Origin: Macrostomum hystrix
Lineage: Eukaryota > Animalia > Platyhelminthes
NCBI GenBank assembly: GCA_950097015.1
Contig: CATNEN010000034.1
Location: 4,712,001 to 4,776,000 of the forward strand
Direction: 5' to 3'
Length of the DNA stretch: 64,000 nucleotides
Shown here one piece after another: positions 59,006 to 64,000 of the stretch. The notes under the pieces are model-generated. The model had not been told where the DNA came from and searched no databases. It worked only from the letters and a program-made list of their open reading frames with translations. Position 1 is the first letter of the stretch. The number at the start of each line of letters is the position of its first letter. The position numbers and the translations under genes are program-made.

Positions 59006-61072
59006 GATAACGTTGTTTTCGAAGCTTTTGAGGAGGCCCTGGTCTCCAGGGCCACTCACCCTCCACCTCGTTCGCTGGGTCATGTACATGATCCGGCATC
59101 GCCACGTGGTGGCCCACCTCGAAGGAAGGCTGCTCTCGGCACCTGTCCTAAAAGGAGGGCCCCAAGGCGGCGTCCTCACCCCACTGCTGTGGAATCTCGT
59201 CATGGATGAGCTGCTGAAAAGCACTCGTCCAGACCCAGTCCTGAAGGTGGGATATGCCGACGATGTGACCGCCATCTGCGCGGGCCCCTCGGCGGAAACC
59301 ACCAGAGACCTCATCCAGGGCTTTATCAACAGGGCGGTGCGCTGGGCGGACCAATGCGGGCTCCGACTCTCTGAGTCCAAGACCGTTGCGGTTATGTTTA
59401 CCAGCAAACTGCTCTGGACCATTAAGCCTCTGACTCTCTATGGCAAGAATATTGCCATGGAAAAGCAGGTCCGGTGCCTTGGTCTCGTGCTAGACCATAG
59501 GCTTAACTGGACCCCACACATCACCACAAAGGCCAAGAGGGCCCTGGCCATACTGGCGCAAGTCAGGCGTGCCGTGGGCACCACTTGGGGGCTAACCCCC
59601 AAGAACCTTTGGTGGATTTACACGGCGATCATCAGACCGTCCGTCGCTTACGCTGGCCTCATCTGGGCCAGCGCCATGGGCATCCAGAAAAACCTGGAGG
59701 CGCTTTATAGGGTGCAGGGCAGAGCCTGTCGTATGACGCTGGGCGCCCCACCCTCCACTCCCTTCGAAGGCATGAATGCTTTCCTCAACGCTACACCCAT
59801 TGACATTTTCGTCAAGGGGGAAGCAGCAAAGTCCACCCGTCGTCTTCTTGATGCGGGTGTCTCCTTCCAGAATTCGCGAGCCTTCTCGAAGCGCTCCCTT
59901 CTGCCTCACTCTGACCTCTGCCTGAAAACTCTGGGCGAGTGCGGAGGGCTCACCATCCTTTCGGACGGGGCCCCGGCCACTTTACTCCGGAGCCACAGGT
60001 ACAAAGTCAGCATCTCCCCTCGTAATGAGGTAAAGGACTGCTGGGATGACCCGGCAGTCCACTGTTACACTGACGGCTCTCTGATGAACGGTAAATCGGG
60101 ATTCGGAGTGTGCGTCGCCTCGGGTGGTGAGGTCCTCTGGACCCACTCCCAATACTGTGGCAAGAGCTCTAGCGTTTTCCAAAACGAAGTGCTCGCCATC
60201 AGCTTCTGTGCGGCTGAGCTGCGCCAGAGGCAGCTGGCTGGTCGGAGGATCTTTTTTCACTCCGACAGTCAAGCAGCCCTCAAGGCCCTCAGCCGCTGCA
60301 CCTCTCGCTCCAGAACCACCTTGGACTGCAACACCCAGTTAAACGGGTTGGCGCAGTCTAACAAGGTGGAGCTGCTGTGGATCCCTGGGCATGCCGGGTT
60401 CACAGGGAATGAGATGGCGGACCAGCTTGCTAAGGCTGGAGCAGCCAGCTCCCTGATGGGCCCGGGCCCGGAGTCCCCGATCCCCATCTCAGTTGTCAAC
60501 TCCAGCATCAACTGCTGGATGGAGACCCAGCACCGGAGGAGGTGGTCCAGCACCCTGAACTGTCGCCAGTCCAGGGCTGCGGTGCCAACCCCCTCTAGTA
60601 ACCTGCGTAAGGCCTTACTCAGGCTTAACCGCAGAGACCTAAAAGCAGTCACTATGGCTCTTTCGGGACATGGCTGCTTCACCAGACACCGCTACCTTCA
60701 AGGCCACGTGCCTGAGGAAACGTGTCCCTTCTGCTGCTCCGGACGCGAAAATGCAGAGCATTTCATCTGCCACTGCCCGGCCTTCACCCGGGCCAGGCTA
60801 AAACATCTCGGGCCGGCACCGACTCTCGCCGAAGCCTGCTCGCCCGAGAACATCCCACAGCTCGCCCACTTCCTCCGGGATACCGGCCGAGCTGATTTCT
60901 TCCCAGCCTATGGCGAGGAAGATCGCGCGGCGGAATCGACCGACGGACCACCCTGAGCGGCACCGCCTCGCTGGAGGCTGTCTGGCTGCCAGGGGTTAGC
61001 GATATGGGCGGCATCTGCCGCCTCCTCGCTGCGTCCGTCATGGAGGTTCCCTGCCGCTAAGTCAAGTAAGTC
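59006..61072 (+). mobile_element. 5'-truncated non-LTR retrotransposon, LOA/Lian (R1-group)-like, with RNase H
   Basis: TSD AAGCTCCAGTTC (58993-59004 and 61073-61084); (C)AAGT-repeat tail; begins inside RT (DNVVFEAFEEAL). Confidence 0.9.
59013..60956 (+). CDS. LINE ORF2 fragment: RT C-half, RNase H and C-terminal CCHC
   Basis: GGPQGGVLTPLLWNLV, YADD, YTDGS, HSDSQAALKAL, WIPGHAGFTGNEMADQLAK, GHG...CPFC...EHFICHC. Confidence 0.9.
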   Translation: MFSKLLRRPWSPGPLTLHLVRWVMYMIRHRHVVAHLEGRLLSAPVLKGGPQGGVLTPLLWNLVMDELLKSTRPDPVLKVGYADDVTAICAGPSAETTRDLIQGFINRAVRWADQCGLRLSESKTVAVMFTSKLLWTIKPLTLYGKNIAMEKQVRCLGLVLDHRLNWTPHITTKAKRALAILAQVRRAVGTTWGLTPKNLWWIYTAIIRPSVAYAGLIWASAMGIQKNLEALYRVQGRACRMTLGAPPSTPFEGMNAFLNATPIDIFVKGEAAKSTRRLLDAGVSFQNSRAFSKRSLLPHSDLCLKTLGECGGLTILSDGAPATLLRSHRYKVSISPRNEVKDCWDDPAVHCYTDGSLMNGKSGFGVCVASGGEVLWTHSQYCGKSSSVFQNEVLAISFCAAELRQRQLAGRRIFFHSDSQAALKALSRCTSRSRTTLDCNTQLNGLAQSNKVELLWIPGHAGFTGNEMADQLAKAGAASSLMGPGPESPIPISVVNSSINCWMETQHRRRWSSTLNCRQSRAAVPTPSSNLRKALLRLNRRDLKAVTMALSGHGCFTRHRYLQGHVPEETCPFCCSGRENAEHFICHCPAFTRARLKHLGPAPTLAEACSPENIPQLAHFLRDTGRADFFPAYGEEDRAAESTDGPP

Positions 61073-61511
61073 AAGCTCCAGTTCTTGCTGCGATTCCAGC
61101 TACAGTTCCTGCTGCGATTCCAGCTACAGTTCCTGCTGCGATTCTAGCTACATTTCTATAGCAAGAAGGTTTACCAAAAAATTAATAAATATTAATTAAA
61201 ACGCTGCTGATGAAATGGAATAACTTTGATGGTGACAACAGTTAACAGTTAAAAAAATAGTTTTTTTTGCACGCTTGACTTATAAGGCCAGTGCCAAAGG
61301 TATGAGAAAGGCGGTTTCTAGAAGACCGAACAGCTCAGATAAGATTTGAGCAAGCCAACCAGAGCTCAAACTGCCAGATAAGTATTCGAAGCAAGTGCGC
61401 ATGATTTTGAAGTTTAAATGCAGACAGCGAAAGTGCTCAGCACCGACCGTGAGCGGAAAGCCTTACAGAATCTAAATTTTGAAATTGAATTTTGAGCTCG
61501 AGTCTGACAGC

Positions 61512-61730
61512 ATGCAACAGTCGCTGGAGGCAGCCGGCCTCTTGTCCGGCTCGTCACGTTTGGGCCTCCCGGGCTATGGCAGCGCTTCGCGCAGTTCAGC
61601 TAGCGTTGGCGATCGGCGTCGACGGTTCGAGCCCCGTCAGCTGGCCAACCTGTGTCTGGTGTGCCTCATCAACCTGCTCGAGCGCTCCGTCTATTATTTC
61701 TTCTCGGTGGACACCTCCACAGACTTCACG
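61512..61730 (+). CDS. Probable first coding exon of a POT/SLC15-like (MFS) membrane transporter
   Basis: GC-rich coding-like segment ending LCLVCLINLLERSVYYFF, similar to the POT TM1 ExxERFxYY motif; followed by GT and a satellite-filled interval. Confidence 0.4.
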
Positions 61731-61769
61731 GTTGGTGCTCCATTCAGTTGGTCATTGGGGGACAGCTGT

Positions 61770-63792
61770 CCCCTGTCTCATCTCTCCCAAGTCTCACCTC
61801 TCCCCTGTCTCACCTCTCCCCTGTCTTAACTCTTACCTGTCTCATCTCTCCCCTGTCTCATCTCTCCTAAGTCTCATCTCTCCCCTGTCTCATCTCTCCC
61901 CTGTCTCATCTCTCCAATGTCTCATCTCTCCCCTGTCTCATCTCTCCCCTGTCTCATCTCTCCCCTGTCTCATCTCTCCCCTGTCTCATCTCTCCCCTGT
62001 CTCATCTCTCCAATGTCTCATCTCTCCCCTGTCTCATCTCTCCCCTGTCTCACCTCTCCCCTGTCTCATCTCTCCCCTGTCTCATCTCTCCAATGTCTCA
62101 TCTCTCCCCTGTCTCATCTCTCCCCTGTCTCATCTCTCCCCTGTCTCATCTCTCCCCTGTCTCACCTCTCCCTGTCTCATCTCTCCCCTGTCTCATCTCT
62201 CCCCTGTCTCACCTCTCCCCTGTCTCATCTCTCCCCTGTCTCACCTCTCCCCTGTCTCACCTCTCCCCTGTCTTAACTCTTACCTGTCTCATCTCTCCCC
62301 TGTCTCATCTCTCCTAAGTCTCATCTCTCCCCTGTCTCATCTCTCCCCTGTCTCATCTCTCCAATGTCTCATCTCTCCCCTGTCTCATCTCTCCCCTGTC
62401 TCACCTCTCCCCTGTCTCATCTCTCCCCTGTCTCATCTCTCCAATGTCTCATCTCTCCCCTGTCTCATCTCTCCCCTGTCTCATCTCTCCCCTGTCTCAT
62501 CTCTCCCCTGTCTCATCTCTCCCCTGTCTCATCTCTCCAATGTCTCATCTCTCCCCTGTCTCATCTCTCCCCTGTCTCACCTCTCCCCTGTCTCATCTCT
62601 CCCCTGTCTCATCTCTCCAATGTCTCATCTCTCCCCTGTCTCATCTCTCCCCTGTCTCATCTCTCCCCTGTCTCATCTCTCCCCTGTCTCACCTCTCCCT
62701 GTCTCATCTCTCCCCTGTCTCATCTCTCCCCTGTCTCACCTCTCCCCTGTCTCATCTCTCCCCTGTCTCATCTCTCCAATGTCTCATCTCTCCCCTGTCT
62801 CATCTCTCCCCTGTCTCACCTCTCCCCTGTCTCATCTCTCCCCTGTCTCATCTCTCCAATGTCTCATCTCTCCCCTGTCTCATCTCTCCCCTGTCTCATC
62901 TCTCCCCTGTCTCATCTCTCCCCTGTCTCACCTCTCCCTGTCTCATCTCTCCCCTGTCTCACCTCTCCCTGTCTTAACTCTTACCTGTCTCATGTCTCCC
63001 CTGTCTCATCTCTCCCCTGTCTCATCTCTCCCTTTCTCATCGCTCTCCTGTCTCATCTCTCCAATGTCTCATCTCTCCCTTGTCTCATCTCTCCCCTGTC
63101 TCATCTCTCCGCTGTCTCATCTCTCCCTGTCTCATCTCTGCCCTGTCTCATCTCTCCCTGTCTCATCTCTCCAATGTCTCATCTCTCCAATGTCTCATCT
63201 CTCCCCTGTCTCATCTCTCCCCTGTCTCATCTCTCCCCTGTCTCATCTCTCCCCTGTCTCATCTCTCCCCTGTCTCATCTCTCCAATGTCTCATCTCTCC
63301 CCTGTCTCATCTCTCCCCTGTCTCACCTCTCCCCTGTCTCATCTCTCCCCTGTCTCATCTCTCCAATGTCTCATCTCTCCCCTGTCTCATCTCTCCCCTG
63401 TCTCATCTCTCCCCTGTCTCATCTCTCCCCTGTCTCACCTCTCCCTGTCTCATCTCTCCCCTGTCTCATCTCTCCCCTGTCTCACCTCTCCCCTGTCTCA
63501 TCTCTCCCCTGTCTCATCTCTCCAATGTCTCATCTCTCCCCTGTCTCATCTCTCCCCTGTCTCACCTCTCCCCTGTCTCATCTCTCCCCTGTCTCATCTC
63601 TCCAATGTCTCATCTCTCCCCTGTCTCATCTCTCCCCTGTCTCATCTCTCCCCTGTCTCATCTCTCCCCTGTCTCATCTCTCCCCTGTCTCACCTCTCCC
63701 TGTCTCATCTCTCCCCTGTCTCACCTCTCCCTGTCTTAACTCTTACCTGTCTCATGTCTCCCCTGTCTCATCTCTCCTAAGTCTCATCTCTC
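61770..63792. repeat. 16-bp TGTCTCATCTCTCCCC satellite (third array)
   Basis: Same family as the 9.6-13.7 kb arrays. Confidence 0.95.
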
Positions 63793-63795
63793 AAG

Positions 63796-64000
63796 ATGAT
63801 CTGGCTGATCAGTAATTGAGGAGGTCGTTAGGATCCCAGCGTGCACACGTCCGCAGGCTGACCGCAGCAACATCACCAACAGCAGCCGGAGGCCCGACGC
63901 CCTGGACCCCGGCCTTATAGACCTCAGCTGCAACCTGTTTGACACGCGCAAGGCCAAGTCCATCGATCCCCAGGCGCTGGTTGAGTTCAACAGCAAATTC
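63796..64000 (+). CDS. Putative downstream exon running off the window (phase unresolved)
   Basis: Open GC-rich frame IEEVVRIPACTRPQADRSNITNSS...VEFNSKF; the obvious acceptor at 63795 gives a stop in phase 0. Confidence 0.3.

Overview
Eukaryotic invertebrate DNA, very rich in repeats. The style (short genes, a different minisatellite in most introns) suggests a free-living flatworm such as Macrostomum, which is inference only. Host genes: four intronless paralogs encoding secreted PAN/apple-like + C-type-lectin proteins (15.1, 18.1, 21.9 and 33.0 kb), a complete 3-exon SEC22, a 7-exon AAK1/BMP2K-family kinase, a secreted SUEL (rhamnose/galactose-binding) lectin with 2 exons resolved, and the probable start of a POT/SLC15-like transporter at the right edge. 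Mobile DNA: a full-length but frameshifted Ty3/gypsy element with LTRs and a 5-bp TSD, a 5'-truncated LOA/R1-type LINE with RNase H, a decayed LINE 3' end, three copies of a tRNA-derived SINE (one carrying the LINE 3' tail), a piggyBac-like pseudogene, a probable Crypton remnant and a MITE. About 20 distinct tandem arrays are present. The strongest novelty candidate is the lectin cluster: an approximately 440-bp core is nearly identical at DNA level in all four copies, while the N-terminal and ligand-binding C-terminal parts are divergent and mixed. The copies lie in both orientations, and one has a compensated double frameshift at the junction. This suggests gene-conversion or inversion-driven cassette shuffling. 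The second candidate is a set of intronic minisatellites built from splice-site sequences.
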